NCBI RefSeq assembly: GCF_009914755.1
Contig: NC_060926.1
DNA: 64,000 bases
Reading direction: 5' to 3' (one strand)
From: the human T2T-CHM13v2.0 reference genome, Homo sapiens
In this document: piece after piece, positions 43,575 through 59,395 of the stretch
Layout: each line of letters starts with the position of its first letter
Numbering within the stretch: position 1 is the first letter of the stretch
The notes under the pieces: model-generated
Database searches by the model: none
What the model saw: the letters and a program-made list of their open reading frames with translations, nothing else
Told to the model about the DNA's origin: nothing
Program-made: the position numbers and the translations under genes

Positions 43575-43775
43575 CCAAACACTTGCCACAAGGCAGGCGC
43601 TGTTTATAACACAATCAAGTATTAGTATAAACATGTGAGGTAGGTGCTATTCTAATCCCCATTTTAAAGATATGGAAACTGAGGCATGGAGAATTTGTGT
43701 TACTTGCCCAGGGTCAGCCAGATATACGCAGGCCTCAAACCCTGGCAGTTTGGCTACTGGGCTGTGTTCTTGACC
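43575..43775 (-). mobile_element. MIR
   Basis: 'atccccattttaaagatatggaaactgaggcatggaga...acttgcccagggtca' is an antisense MIR core. Confidence 0.75.
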
Positions 43776-43810
43776 ATGTGTCATTCTATCTCTTAAGAAA
43801 TGTGTGTTGA

Positions 43811-44054
43811 CCGCATGTTCTCACTCATAGGTGGGAATTGAACAATGAGAACACTTGGACACAGGGTGGGGAACATCACACACTGGGGCCTGTCGTGGGG
43901 TGGGGGAGTGGGGAGGGATAGCATTAGGAGATATACCTAATGTAAATGACGAGTTAACGGGTGCAGCGCACCAACATGGCACATGTATACATATGTAACA
44001 AACTGCAAGTTGTGCACATGTACCCTAGAACTTAAAGTATAATAATAATAAAAA
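43811..44054 (+). mobile_element. 5'-truncated L1PA (L1PA4/5-like) 3' end
   Basis: 'ccgcatgttctcactcataggtgggaattgaacaatgagaacac...gtaccctagaacttaaagtataat'. Perfect 16-bp TSD AAGAAATGTGTGTTGA at 43795-43810 and 44055-44070. Confidence 0.96.
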
Positions 44055-44200
44055 AAGAAATGTGTGTTGAATAATCAGTCAAGGCCATCAATCAAGGCTT
44101 GCTAGAGTACCTATTTCTTACATAATACTACGCTAAAAATGGGTCCCCTGGGTTGGGAAGGGAAACAGATGACAAAGCAAGAGCAAGAAATGACAAAGCA

Positions 44201-44658
<458 letters not shown>

Positions 44659-45632
44659 CTAGGGGGCTGGATTGTAACTGACACTGACTTTCTTCCTTGC
44701 GCTTTTGTTTTGTTTGCATTATTTTAATTTACAGTGATTATGATTTGATTTTACAGAAACCTTTTGTAAAGGTCAGGGTTTAGTCCCTCTCCTCAGGGGT
44801 TCACCGGCAAGTTGGGGTGATGTGCCAGAAGCTAATGAAAAGGAAAAGGTGAAAAACCCACCCTGACCAGCGCCACACAGGAAGAAAGAAAGCCCTGTGG
44901 CCTGGTGGCTTGGGAAGGACGCAACAGGACAGGTAAGACCGGCTGGGAGCCAGGTGAGAGCAGGGCTTGCATGGGCAGAGGCTGGAGGTAGGACCACAAC
45001 AGCTAAGCTCAAGAGGTTCTCTCGTGTTTCTAAAAGGTGAGTGCAATGGAACGCTAGTTTGGGTGTGGTATTATTGTTTTTCTTGAACTAAAAATATTCA
45101 AGAACAAAATGGTGCAAAATAGCATGTCCCTCACCATTTCTTCTCTCAACTGCTAGAAAACTGCACATCCAGAATGTTTCCTTGGAAGGTCTGGTGTGGT
45201 GAAGTGGGTGAGGCCAGTGGAGAGAAGCAAGGCACACACACGACTTCCTCAAAACCAAAACACGGCAGAGGAGATTCTGGGAACGAAAACCACAAGTGAG
45301 TCAGGGCAGGGAGAAAACATGTGGACAAAGTCTTCATCCCACCCCTCACACTTGAAAAGAACTTTCCAGGAAAAGGAAAAGCTCACACCCTCACACCCCA
45401 GGTGAGTGGGCAGCCATCCAGGTCACATGAGTCCTAAATGATTCCTAACACGGCCCTGTGGCAGTGACCACTCACCCCATCCTGACCTCGGGCTGAAAAG
45501 GGCAAACTTCTCCCCAGAAGGAGCACGAGACTCGGGCCTGTTTCAATCAGGACTCTGAGATATCTGCTCCCCTGCACACTATGTGCAGAAGTGAAGGCCC
45601 AGCCAGCAATGTGCAGTTAGAGAAGTCATTGC

Positions 45633-45670
45633 TGAATGAATGAATGAGTGAATGAATGAATGAATGAATG
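45633..45670. repeat. (GAAT)n repeat (L2 tail-type)
   Basis: tgaatgaatgaatgagtgaatgaatgaatgaatgaatg. Confidence 0.85.
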
Positions 45671-45765
45671 CACCACTGTGGTTCATCTGCATCACTGTGA
45701 GTCACAAAGACATCTATTGATCCACTGGACTCACATCCCTAATGGCAAAAAATACACCTCAAAGT

Positions 45766-45950
45766 GTTTTTGGGTTTTTTTGGTTTTTTTGAGACAGGGT
45801 CTTTTGCTCTGTCACCCAGGCTGGAGTGCAGTGGTGCGATCTCGGATCTCGGCTCACTCAACCTCTACCTCCCAAGTTCAAGCGATTCTCCTGCCTCAGC
45901 CTCCCAAGTAGCTAGGACTACAGGTGTGCACCACCATGCCTGGCTAATTT
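45766..45950 (-). mobile_element. Alu right-arm fragment (5'-truncated Alu or FRAM-like)
   Basis: Only the right monomer is present, with a small internal duplication gatctcg-gatctcg. Confidence 0.88.
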
Positions 45951-46094
45951 TATATTCAAAGTTTTAAAGAAAAACTATGTGCACAGTGATGTGGAAGAAG
46001 GAGAGACACTGAGAGATTATTTTACTCAGAGAAGTGGTTCAGAACCACAATCCCTCTCTCTGGTGCCAAACACGATTGAAAGTCATGACTCCAA

Positions 46095-46300
46095 AGTACT
46101 TCTCATGTGCCTGGCATAATAATGCAAACAAAACTCTATAAGAAAGATCTCATTTCATTCTCAGTGACTTCATAACATGGTTTCAACTGTTATCCCCACT
46201 GATGGCCAAGGAACCTCTGTGCCAGAGAGGTTAAGAAACCTGTCCATGGTCACCCAGCAGGTCAATGGCAGGGCTGGAATTTGAGCCCAGGCAGGCCAAC
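46095..46300 (-). mobile_element. MIR
   Basis: 'tatccccactgatggccaaggaacc...cagagaggttaagaaacctgtccatggtcacccagc...ggaatttgagcccagg'. Confidence 0.7.
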
Positions 46301-47777
46301 TCCATTCAGGATTACCCCACTCTCCTGAAATGTCTCAGCCGACAGCCACATCCTAATGTGCAGTGAATGCAGGAATGGGCCCGGTGCCCAGGCTCAACAC
46401 TGAGCAAAATCCAAATTGGACTGGCATCTCACCAAAGGGCTTCTTCACTCCAAAATGTCAGTGACGTGGCTGAGGATGGAGGTGAACCGCGCAACGGGCA
46501 TTCCGGGCCCCTCTTGCCAAAATGTCAACAGAGACCCTCATAGACTTTGTTAAGTGCAAACCCAACAGTAGCTATAACTCCTGCTGAGTTAGGCAAGAGA
46601 GAGAGAAAATGGAGAAAGAGAGGGGAAGCGGTGGTGAGGACAGGGCAGACATTATCTCTAGTCTGCTCCTGGCTGCGATTTGCCCAGTGTAAGCTGACTG
46701 GTTGCCCCTTCAGGTGTGGGAGGTTTCGCAACAGTGACTAGTGTATTTAGGAAATGCCTGGACTTGCGGAGCCCCCAGCTATGCTCTTGACTCCCCCAAG
46801 ACTGAGCAGTCTCCTAGAGTTCTACCATAGCAGCCACCTGCAGCCCCTGACACCTTCAAGCCCCAGGACCAACTTGCCTTCCCCCTGAACATTAGTCCTG
46901 CATTCTCTGGCTGCTGGCAGCTCAGGGTTGCATGTTTTCAGATGAAGGAGGGCAGAGAATAGAACTCATTGCTAAAGGAGCAAGCACCTCCCTAAGGCAA
47001 AAGCTCCCAACCCAGACCCTTTGGCCTTAAGGTGTCATGCAAGGTGTGCAGTATTTGCATTGGCATCGGTAGCAAATCCAGTGCTTTCACTGCATTCTCA
47101 GAGTGGCCACTCCTGCTTTGGTGGATGAGTTGGGGAGGAGGAGAGATGCCTTAGGGAACGACCCTCCTCTGACTCCTCAGTGAGATCCAGGACGTCCGCC
47201 CCAGTTACAGTGAAAACTGAGCATCAAATTGTCAGCAGCTGTGAGCTGAGTGTCTCCAGCAGGAGTTAAGGCAGAGTGGCCTTCCCAGATGCCAGAGACC
47301 AGGCTGGGAAGAGGTTCTGCCCAGGGGAACTCGGGCATCTGGGGCCTGCTACACACTCTCTCTTTCTTCTTGCACTATTGTTTTCTTTTTATAAATGTAC
47401 CAAGTATTCAAATAATAGATAAGTCCTTACTCATGGGAACATGTCTACATGGGGACAACAGTCTGCAAGATATGTGAGGGCGCGTGCACACTCAGCTGTG
47501 CTGTTGTTATTCCAATTTTCCTAGGAGAGGCTCAGCTGACCCTGTGGTCTAACACTGGGCAGGCAGGTAAAGGGAGGCCAAGAAAGGTGGGAGCCCAGGT
47601 GGTACAGCGTGAGGAGGCCGGGGAAGGTCCGATGACAATGACCGGGCCATCCGATTGTTTTCAGAGCAGCCAAAGAGGAGGGTGTAGAGGCCACGCCCAA
47701 GTCTGAGCCCCTGAACTGACCAGGCCTAGCCGTGTTGCCGAATCTCTGCCTCCAACACCCACTTGTCATCGTCTTAG

Positions 47778-48140
47778 GAATTAATTACCCAATTGCCCCG
47801 AGCAGAATGCAGGAACTTGCAGAAGGCCGCAGGCGATTAGCAGAGGCCTGCAGAGCAAGGGAAGCGGCGTTTGATGCCGAACAACAGAGAAATCCTCGGA
47901 GGATGGATTCTGATATTCTAACACTGACTACAGCTCTGACTGCGTCTGAAGCTACTAGTCCTCTGACAGAAGAACTTGGTTATGATGAGTTCATCAACAG
48001 AGAATGGTTAAGTAGTGAAACTACTTCAAGAGAATCTCTGCCGTCAGGACAGTCTTATACAAATCTAGTAACTTGATTTTTTTTAATCCAAGTATATGAG
48101 AATAAGGCAACGCACAGTTGAAAACAAACAAAAAAAAGAG
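47778..48140 (+). pseudogene. Probable decayed gene fragment or retrocopy (C-terminal coding part plus 3'UTR-like tail), parent not identified
   Basis: Protein-like peptide [61 protein letters not shown] in non-repeat DNA with locally retained CpGs. The segment [13 protein letters not shown] lies just upstream in another frame, suggesting a frameshift. AT-rich UTR-like sequence and an A-tract at 48121-48137 follow. Confidence 0.6.
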
Positions 48141-48378
48141 CTTATCATGATAAAGAAAAGAAATAAGAAAAAATCAAAGCATCATGAGACTCCTCTGGTG
48201 TTCTTTGTTCTTCGAGTTTGCATTGTTCCAGATGCTTTCTCCTGAATTGTGGGAAATCTCCCAAAATTGCTTCACCAAAATGTAAAGGCTGGGTTTGTAA
48301 AATTGAAGCTTGATTAAGAATTGACAATAATGAAGCCCACGATGACTGAAGGAATTAGCAAAGAGATGGCTGGAATAA

Positions 48379-48812
<434 letters not shown>

Positions 48813-48895
48813 TTAGTGAAGAATTAGGTTTTCATTTTCAGAGGCATTTCAAATAGCAAGGAGAGTGCACATTGCTTGTATTATATGATACATCA

Positions 48896-49265
<370 letters not shown>

Positions 49266-49404
49266 TTACTCTCCATCTGTGCCAATGGTTTAGTGTGCAA
49301 TCTTACAGAACTTTATATATTTGCATACATACAGATAAAAATCTGCTACATATATCATTCCATCACTTACATTCTTTATTTAACAATTTGTCGTAAAGAT
49401 TGTT

Positions 49405-49562
49405 TTTTAGCCATGTCTGGCTAATTTTTTTCATTTTTTGTAAAGACAGGGAGGGGCTCACTATGTTGCTCAGGCTGGTCTCAAATTCCTGAGCTCAAGT
49501 GATCCTCCCTCCTCAGCCTCCCAAAGCTCTGGGATTACAGGCCCAGGCCACCTTGCCCAGCC
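49405..49562 (-). mobile_element. Alu left arm (FLAM or AluJ lacking most of the right arm)
   Basis: Antisense left monomer. TSD-like tgtcgtaaagatt / tgtcataaagatc. Confidence 0.85.
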
Positions 49563-51029
49563 TGTCATAAAGATCTTTTAATAAAAGATCTTTAATTGCT
49601 TCTTTTAATTGCTGGCTGCCTCCACTGAATCACTTACCGAAGCCCTGAGAGGGAATCACAGTTCGCAGGTGATTGGGATGCCGGGGGACGCACCTGAGGG
49701 CTGGGCTGAGTTTCACTTAAAAAAAGGTCCAGGCCAGATGAGGGGACATCAGATCACTCAGTGGCCTCCTTCTCACCAGATTCTGTCTGACTCTCTTCGG
49801 GGCTGAGCTGAAGGCAGATGCTGCATTCAAATTCCATATCCTTCCAGCTGGAGCTCCCCATTCCTAGAGAAACCTCAGCTTTGTGTCTCCCACGGAGACA
49901 CTAGAATGGGCAAGCCTGAGTGCGTGGCTTTGAGGGACAGAGTCCCCACCCACAGAGCTCTCACAGCTGGCAGCCACCCCGACACCCACAGCTCTTTCAG
50001 AATGGAAAGCCCGGGGCCTTGCAGCTCGCCCTGCTCCGAACACTGTGCGAGGCTTTGTAATGAGCTACCCTGGAAGTGTTTTTCAAGAAGACGGTGATCT
50101 CATTACACAAATCCACCATCAGTTGAGGGAAGAGAGGCAGGGCTGGCTTTCTAAGGCCACTGTGTATGACCTAAGGAGCCCACATTGCCAAAAAAATAGT
50201 CACCCACTGATTTCAAACACCCACTTCTTTGCATGAAGGGCTGCGTTCCCCTCATCACCACCCCCACCCTTTTCATCCCTGGTACAGCTACCTCCAGCCA
50301 TTCCCCCTAGGGGTCTTCCCTGGGACTCATCTGCCACTTGTTCCTCCTCAGCTGGGGTCACCAACCAAGTTGGGAACAAGTTATTCCTCCTTAATAACAA
50401 GAGGCAAAGCCCTATCCAAAAACAGGGGTCTGCCTTATTCACTAAATCCAGTTTTCAAAAAAAGACCCTCATCGGACTCATTTATAAATGATTTAATTTT
50501 AGGGATTGCTAGCTAGATGAGTAGATAGGAAGGATAAGAAGCTAAGTATGGGAGAAGAATGTGCAAGAATAAGGTGAAAGAATGTTCTCCATTCACAATG
50601 CTGTTTACATGCATCCAGCTGGCTGGCAACGCCGCTGAGCACTCAGCCTTCAGTGGACCTTCCAAACCATGGCAGGCACTCGGAGTCCACAGGGACGCAA
50701 AGGACCATGCTCTACCTCTCAGTAGGCTGTGTAGGCCAACCACTCTGGAATCCACAGGCACCAGTCACCAGCCCCACCCTCACCTTCGAGCCAGGCTCCT
50801 GTGGTCACCGTCTCATGGTGATGGCAAAAAGCTCCTCTTTTGCTCCCTGTGACCCCCTGCCCCCTCTTTGGTGTGGCTGGGGGCAGGAGGGAGGCCCTCA
50901 CTGTGCTCTGGCCTCAGGGTAGAGTAGCCACAAGACAATCACCCTGTCAAACTTCAGCGGAGTTCCCGTGTGCTCTTCTGGTAAAAGGGCTTCTTTGTAG
51001 CATTGAGCTGTATATGCAACGTATCCTCT

Positions 51030-51088
51030 TGTGTGTGAGTGTGCATGTGTATGAGTGTGTGTGTGCCTGCGTGTGTGTGTATGTGTGT
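51030..51088. repeat. Degenerate (TG)n microsatellite
   Basis: Interrupted TG run. Confidence 0.85.
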
Positions 51089-51820
51089 TAGAGATACACA
51101 CATATAGGCCCCAGGAAGGAGTGAGGAAGGGGAAAGAAACCAGCATTTATTGCACTATGTATAAATTTTCAAAATTCATCCGTGACTAACACAAGAAGCT
51201 GTGTCCCACCTGAACAGGTAAACTTGCGTAGTTATTTCAGAACAGCAGCCCCATCTCCATCCCAATCAGGGTAATATTTTCCACTGAACTGAGTCAATAA
51301 GGTAAACAAACCCATTTGCCCAAGAGGCAAACAACAAGGTAGGTTAGAAACATAGCTTTCTGGATACTGCTCCTAGTGAAAGCATCTGGCAAAAAAAAAA
51401 AAGAAGAAGGAAAAAAAAAGCATTTCAAATGAAACCCAGGGGACAAATACCTTTAAAAGTTGCAAAGGAGAAAGGCGTCTACACAAAGCAGCATGTTCCA
51501 GGATTCCCCATTATTTCAGGACAGACCCATTCAAGGATCAGAGTGGGTCTGTGAACTCAGAGTGACCGTGCCTCACCCCGCCTGGCCCAGCTCTCTCTGA
51601 GTGCAGTCACAGGCCTTCCCCACCAGAAAAATCCATCAGCTCCTCTTCAGGCTTCACTCGGGGCACTGACTTCAGCTATCGTCCAGCCATGTAGCTTCAG
51701 AGACACAGAAACTTAAAGCTCACTGACCTACAGTATAACCCAAAACCTTCTTGGTTCAATTTTTCTTACCAATGTTTTTTAATGTTCAATCAATGATTTT
51801 AGAAAGAAATGAACCACTTT

Positions 51821-52109
51821 ATTTTGAGACTGAGTCTAGCTCTGTCACCAGGCTGGAGTGAAGTGGCAGGATCTTGGCTCACTACAACCTCTGCCTCCTG
51901 GGTTGAAACAATTCTCCTGCCTCAGCCTCCCAAGTAGCAGGGACTACAGGCACACGCCACCATGCCCAGCAAATTTTTTTGTATTTTTAGTAGAGATGGG
52001 GTTTCACCATGTTGGCCAGGATGGTCTCAATCTCTGGACCTCAGGTGATACGCCCACCTCAGCCTCCCAAAGTGCTGGGATTACAGGCGTGAGCCACCGT
52101 GCCTGGTCC
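51821..52109 (-). mobile_element. AluS with almost no poly(A) tail
   Basis: Antisense dimer. TSD ATGAACCACTTT at 51809-51820 and 52110-52121. Confidence 0.93.
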
Positions 52110-53335
52110 ATGAACCACTTTTAAAGCTTCTTAGAACAGAAAGTTATTTTAACTTTGGACCTAAGGAAATGCAAAATGAGGCCATTTCTAGAATGCTGTA
52201 CCCCTATTCTCCCCCATCACACACATCTCAAAAAAAAAGGAAAACCCTAGTTGTGATGTAGTCTCCATGACTAAAGCAACCACAGATTTCTCCATTCAGA
52301 ATAATGGTGTTACATAAAGCGGCTTCTTCTAGTATGACATCGAAAGCACATAGAGTAATCTTCTATTATTTCCAACTTTGGATAACATTTTCCCTTATTT
52401 CTTCCATTTCTTTCCCCTATTTGTCTGCAAATCCGTAGGATGTAACTAAGGAGGTAAGTTTTTCAGATTGGCCCTAAGGAAAAAACTAAGTCCCACAGGA
52501 ATAAGCAGTTGTTTGCAACCTCAGTGTAAATTACATGCAAAGCAAGAGCTGGAGCGGAATCAGGGGCACCTACCACAGGGAAGTCAAGGGCATGTGGTAT
52601 ACCAGGTAAACCAGGCCTCTGCCCCGCACCTCGCAGCAGCTTTGCTGAGACCGGAACTGACGTCTCCTGATTCCCAACCAGCACCTCAGCTCCACAGACA
52701 AACCGCAAGACTGAGTACAGAGCCCCCCAGACAAAGGTGGAGAATGTGTCCTTGCAGAGCAAACCCCCAGTCTTAATTACAGACCTGGCAGGGTGCCGGC
52801 CAGGATGGATTGCTGGATCACATCAGTAAGACAACTTAACAATTCGCATTTGTAAGACAACTTTTTCTCTAATAAATTGTCTTTAAATAAATTTATTAAG
52901 AGAAAACAGGAAGTGAATAAGCAAAGAGAAATAGCTGGTCTAACTTGAATTGGCAGAATGGTAGAATGGTATTCTCTCCTTACCTTTTGAACAGTCTTTC
53001 CTGAGAAATGCATGCTAATAAAATAGAAATTGGTGGGAGGAGTAGGTTATGTCTTTTGTATACATTCTATGGTACTTGACATCATTTTGTAGGTTTGGGT
53101 TTATATAGCTAACACAGGAGACTTTTTATCTCCTCCATCAAAACATCATTTTCAAAATATTAGGAACTTGGCTCTCATACCCTCATACATGTAGCAAGCA
53201 CAATTCTTTAACTCATTACTGAGGGAACCCATAGGATGGAAAAGCTGATTCTCAAAGCATTTGAGGAACACAGATGTATCGTATGTCAGAAAGAATGCTG
53301 AAAAAAGTTTGCTAAGTTACATACAAAACTGGTTA

Positions 53336-53962
<627 letters not shown>

Positions 53963-54910
53963 TCATTTGCATCTGTACTGGACAAAATTGTATCCAGCTT
54001 ATCTCCCACAAGTTGACAGGCAGCCAGTTACTAGTAAACAGTATGTGAAGCAAAGTTACATTCTCCTTGAGATTTAAATAATCCTTGAGTGGATCTAATA
54101 GACAATGCTCTGATCTGGACTTTAAAGGACATAGAGTCATCCTCTTTCCTTATTTCCAAGTTTTGGATAATTTTTCTGAACACCTCTTAGGCTCCTTGCT
54201 GGCAAGGCAGCTTCTAGGAAGTCCATGATAATGCCTGAGCTATAGCTTCACGACCAGAACTGGTGTGAACCTAAACACACAGATAGCAGACAAGCAAAGC
54301 ACAGATTTACTATGTAGTGCCATGAAAATGATCTATGTATTTAAAAATCAGCAGAATATTAAATTACTCATTTCAAATGGCCATGTACAACTGACAGCAA
54401 AATGTAAAGAAATTAAAACACCCAGGTACAAACTGGTACCTTTGTACATCTTTACATTTTATCCATCATTGTTTTTTTCCCACTTAGCTTTAAAGAGAAA
54501 GTTCAACTTTTTCTCTAAAGGTCAGCCTGCAACCTCAGGCTTAGCCATTTGGGTTACGGTTACAGAATGAGAGTTAAGGAATTGGAGCAGGGCCTGGGAT
54601 CATGGAACAAGGGACTGGCATGGGAGTTGACTGGACCCCAGGAGAAATCTGAAAACCTATGGTTAAAGCATATCCTGAGTCTGGAGTACAGCTCTTATAA
54701 CGAGTCATCCAAGGCACTGCCAGTCAAGCATCCCTGTCCTGCAACAACCGAGCTAGAGGCCTCTCCCTCAGTCATCCTTCCTTTGCATTTCTGTGGCCGC
54801 CCCTCTACTCCATGCCTTCATCATGCCATGTCACTATTACCACCGTAGAATCCAATCCTCCCATGCCAGTCCCTCCAAACACCTCCAAACACACAATGAA
54901 TCACAGCATA

Positions 54911-55840
54911 ATTCATTTCATTTATTCAGCAAATACTGAACAGCTTCCAAATGCCGGCACTGTTCTAGGACCTGGGGATAATCGGAAAATAAGATGAAGT
55001 TCTTTACTCTTACATATTTCCATAAAAGCAAGGGGATTCCCACAAAAGTGATGTCAAGTGGTAATAAGTAAAAAACGAGCAAACAACAACAACAAAAACT
55101 CAAGCAAGTTTAGTTAAGGGGTCAAGAATGATGAAAAGGTAGGTTTCTGTTTTACTCAAAGTGACTGAAAAAGCCTCTCTGATAAGGGACTTGGAGGGAA
55201 TGAAACAGCTGGCTGTGAAGATGTGGGAAGGAGAGTGTTCTGGGTAGGGAAAGCAGCTGGTGCCAAGGCTCTGGGGCAGGTGCATGCTGCTCGTGAAGGA
55301 GTGCCTGGGAGTCTGGTGAAGGAGGAGAATGGGGTGGAGTAAACTAAGTCAGAGATGAGGATACAGAGGCACCACAGGCCACGCAGAGCTGTGACGGAAA
55401 GGACTGTGAATGTCATTCTGAAGGAAACGGGAAATGATTTGATGGTTTTGAGCAGGACAGTGAAATGACCTGACTTGTTCTTAAAGGCTACAGAGAATAG
55501 ACAGTGTGGAGCAAGGGGAGAAGCAGGGAGTCCCACAGGGCAGCACTTGCTGGGGTCCAGACCAGGTGCAATGTGACTGTGAGTGCTGGAGTGGGGACAA
55601 GGGGCTGGATTCTGGATGTATTTCAAGGGGAGAGTCAACAGGATGGCCACAGGTCAGGTGTCAGGTGTGAGAGGAAAAAGACATCGATGATGACTCCGAG
55701 GCTGTCGCCCTGAGTAACTGGAAGAACAGAATGGCTTTTTCCTGTGATGGGGTCAGTAGGGGCTGGAGGAAGAGCATGCTGGAAAGGGATGTGGATAAAG
55801 AGTTCAGGCTGGTGTATGTTGAGTTGGAAATGCCTAAGAG
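54911..55840 (-). mobile_element. L2 3' portion
   Basis: 'attcatttcatttattcagcaaata...gccggcactgttctagg' and downstream antisense L2 motifs ('gattctggatgtattt', 'gagttcagg...tgttgagttggaaatgcct'). Confidence 0.85.
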
Positions 55841-58489
55841 AGAAGCAGAAGAAGATGGATGTAGACGGTGACTATTTCCACCCCCAGGTCCCAGACTGGA
55901 GACACACTGAACAGTGGAGAGCCTGTGTGGGTATCTGACATGTTCACACACACACACACCCCACACACACAGTGGGTAGTGCATGTGCCTGACATTCTGA
56001 GGGCTGACAGACATAGAGGCATCTGCTGGCAGGCAGACAGAGGCCTGCAGAAGGAATCTAAGGCAGACACAGCACTCGCCTCAACAGTGAGGAGAGAGAG
56101 AGGAGGAGGGCTTGCAGGGAGGCTGGAGCCCTCTAGTGTATGTGTCTAAAACAAGGCTTCATGCGCTCACCTCAAGAACCATCCCAGATGCCCTAGGTCC
56201 AAGCGCTTTGGGCTGATCTCTGTGGGGCCGTGTCTGGTCATCTGTCTGCCTCCCAAGCCCACTTGCCAGTGCCTCAACAGGACAGCCTTCAGCCAGGCCA
56301 GGCCCAAGGCTCTCAGCCCATCCATACCCCTGCATACCTGGGCTCACTCCTCCAACCCCTCCACTCTGCTGACACACTCCCACTACAAGACCCTGGTCCA
56401 CAGAGCCCTCCGTGATAGCTCCTTGGCCAGGCCAAGCTTTGAACCTTTACTGCTGACTGGCAGCTATCAGCTGTGGTTCTCTAACAGAGTTCTTTCTTCC
56501 GGGTCCTGGCATCCCTCGTGCTTGGCACAGTACCCTGCACAGAGTGGGCATTCAGTAGAAATTTGCTGGTGAGAGCTGCATGAGCAAGGAGAAGGCCACC
56601 CATCATGCCACCCTTGGTGACCAAAGCCTCTGGGTGGCCTTCAGTCTGCAGCCAGCTTGAAGCAAGCCTGCCACAGGTGAGCCTTCACCTTCTCAGGCAG
56701 CACTTGCCTGCTTCTCTCATGAGAGAAAACAAAAACAAAAACAAAAAAACACAGACTTTGTCCTTCTACGTGATGACTTTCCGCTCTGTTTGGCCACACT
56801 GAAGTTGGAAGAGAAAAAGATGAAGCTCACCTGGGGCCCGATCCCTCATCCCCTGGGACCATCCTTTCCAATCAGAAGATGTGCCCCCTCTCAGATGAAA
56901 GGGCCTTTCTCTAACTGTAAATTATTTCTAAATTGTATATCCTGTCCAATGTGTTTCAACATTCAAAGAAAATACGTCTCCCACAATTATAGTCATTTTG
57001 TAACTAAAGCCCGCAGTTTCCCAGCTCCCTCCAAACCTACTTATTTTAAAACAGAAAAATACTGCCGTTTCCCATCATGTTCTTTATTGAGTAATCCAGA
57101 GTGTGTACAGTAGGCCACTCAATTCTCTGGATTATTCTAGGAATACCAGATTAAAGACAAATTAGGTAATATTGCAGGCTGCTCCCTTGCAGGCATTTCG
57201 AGAGCTGGATTTTAAGGGAGGTGAAGGCCCGCCAGTGTGCACACCGCAGTTGGCAGGGACCTTGTCGCTGCAACCAGCAGGGGTGAAAGGAAGAGAAAAG
57301 AAGTGAAAGATGAAGAGAAGGTGACCTCAAGGGAGACTTGGCGCTGAAGGTCAGAGGCCTGTGTGCCCACTGGGTGGAGGGGATGAGGCCTCAAAGGGTC
57401 TTTCAATACTAACACGGGATCCCTAAACCTTTTCAGAAAACAAGCTGTAGTCCATATGTTTACTCTGTGACATTTTCTAGTGTCTAGTCACTTCTCTAAA
57501 TGAAAAAATAGAGACCCTCCCTCCCCCAAAACACAGCTTAGATGGAGTGAACCTCACCTAAACTTGGCCCTGGACCTAGTGATTAGTAAATCACACTGGC
57601 TGAATCCCACAAATCCCATGATCTGGGGATACAATGGGACACACAGGCATGAGTCCATGCCTGCCATGAGATACATCAAGTTGACAAAGCTGGCTCTTGA
57701 GGAAGAGGTTAAAGGACTCTAAGAGAAGCAGCCATAATGCACTTCCAATGGTATGGAAACACTGTGGGCAAATGTATTCCAGGATTTGTGACTCAGGCAC
57801 CAAAAACCAGATGCCCCCAGCACATCCAAAGGGTGTGTCAGTTCTAAAACCCTCGCAAGAAGCTCTAGCCCAAGGCCAAGTCAGCAAGTGTTTGACACTC
57901 CCATGCTGTTTCTTTCAATTGCGAGTCGGTTTTCACCAGGTGTGAGACACGGAGCCATTGACTCTAAGCCAAGTATTCAGCAGAAACCTTCCTTAGCCTC
58001 AGACACTTGTCATCTTGGATTTAAACTTGACCCCGCCTGCCCCTAACGCACGTGGGATAAAGGTCAGGAAACGAAACAGTTCAGCATGCCGTAAATGTCT
58101 CCATGATTAATCACTTTCCACCCGATTTGACAACCACAGATATTTTTTCCTCTCGCCTTCAGGCATTATCTCAACACAGGATGAACTCGAAACTGCCATT
58201 AGAGGCACACATGCGAACCTGATTCAGAGGACACGCAGAAGACCTGACTCACATGCATCGTGGCGGATGTATCTGCTTTCCTCAGGAGGAGGATAATGCA
58301 AACTCTTCTGCAAAACCCAGAGTTCAAAACTAGAGTCATCTCATCCATAGACATGGTATCATCTTTTGCCTAAAAGCCAAGTAACTTAATTACATGTGGG
58401 AGTCAATAAAATGTCTCTAAAACCATTGCACAGATAGATATCCATGGATTTCAGGAAGGCCAGTTATATGCTCTAGGCTAAAAGTGTTG

Positions 58490-59395
<906 letters not shown>

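Noticed and set aside
52250-52391. Possible H/ACA snoRNA (AGAGTA H-box-like motif and terminal ACATTT)
   Set aside because: Only about 27 nt separate the putative H and ACA boxes, too short for the 3' hairpin. The second motif copy lacks the ACA.
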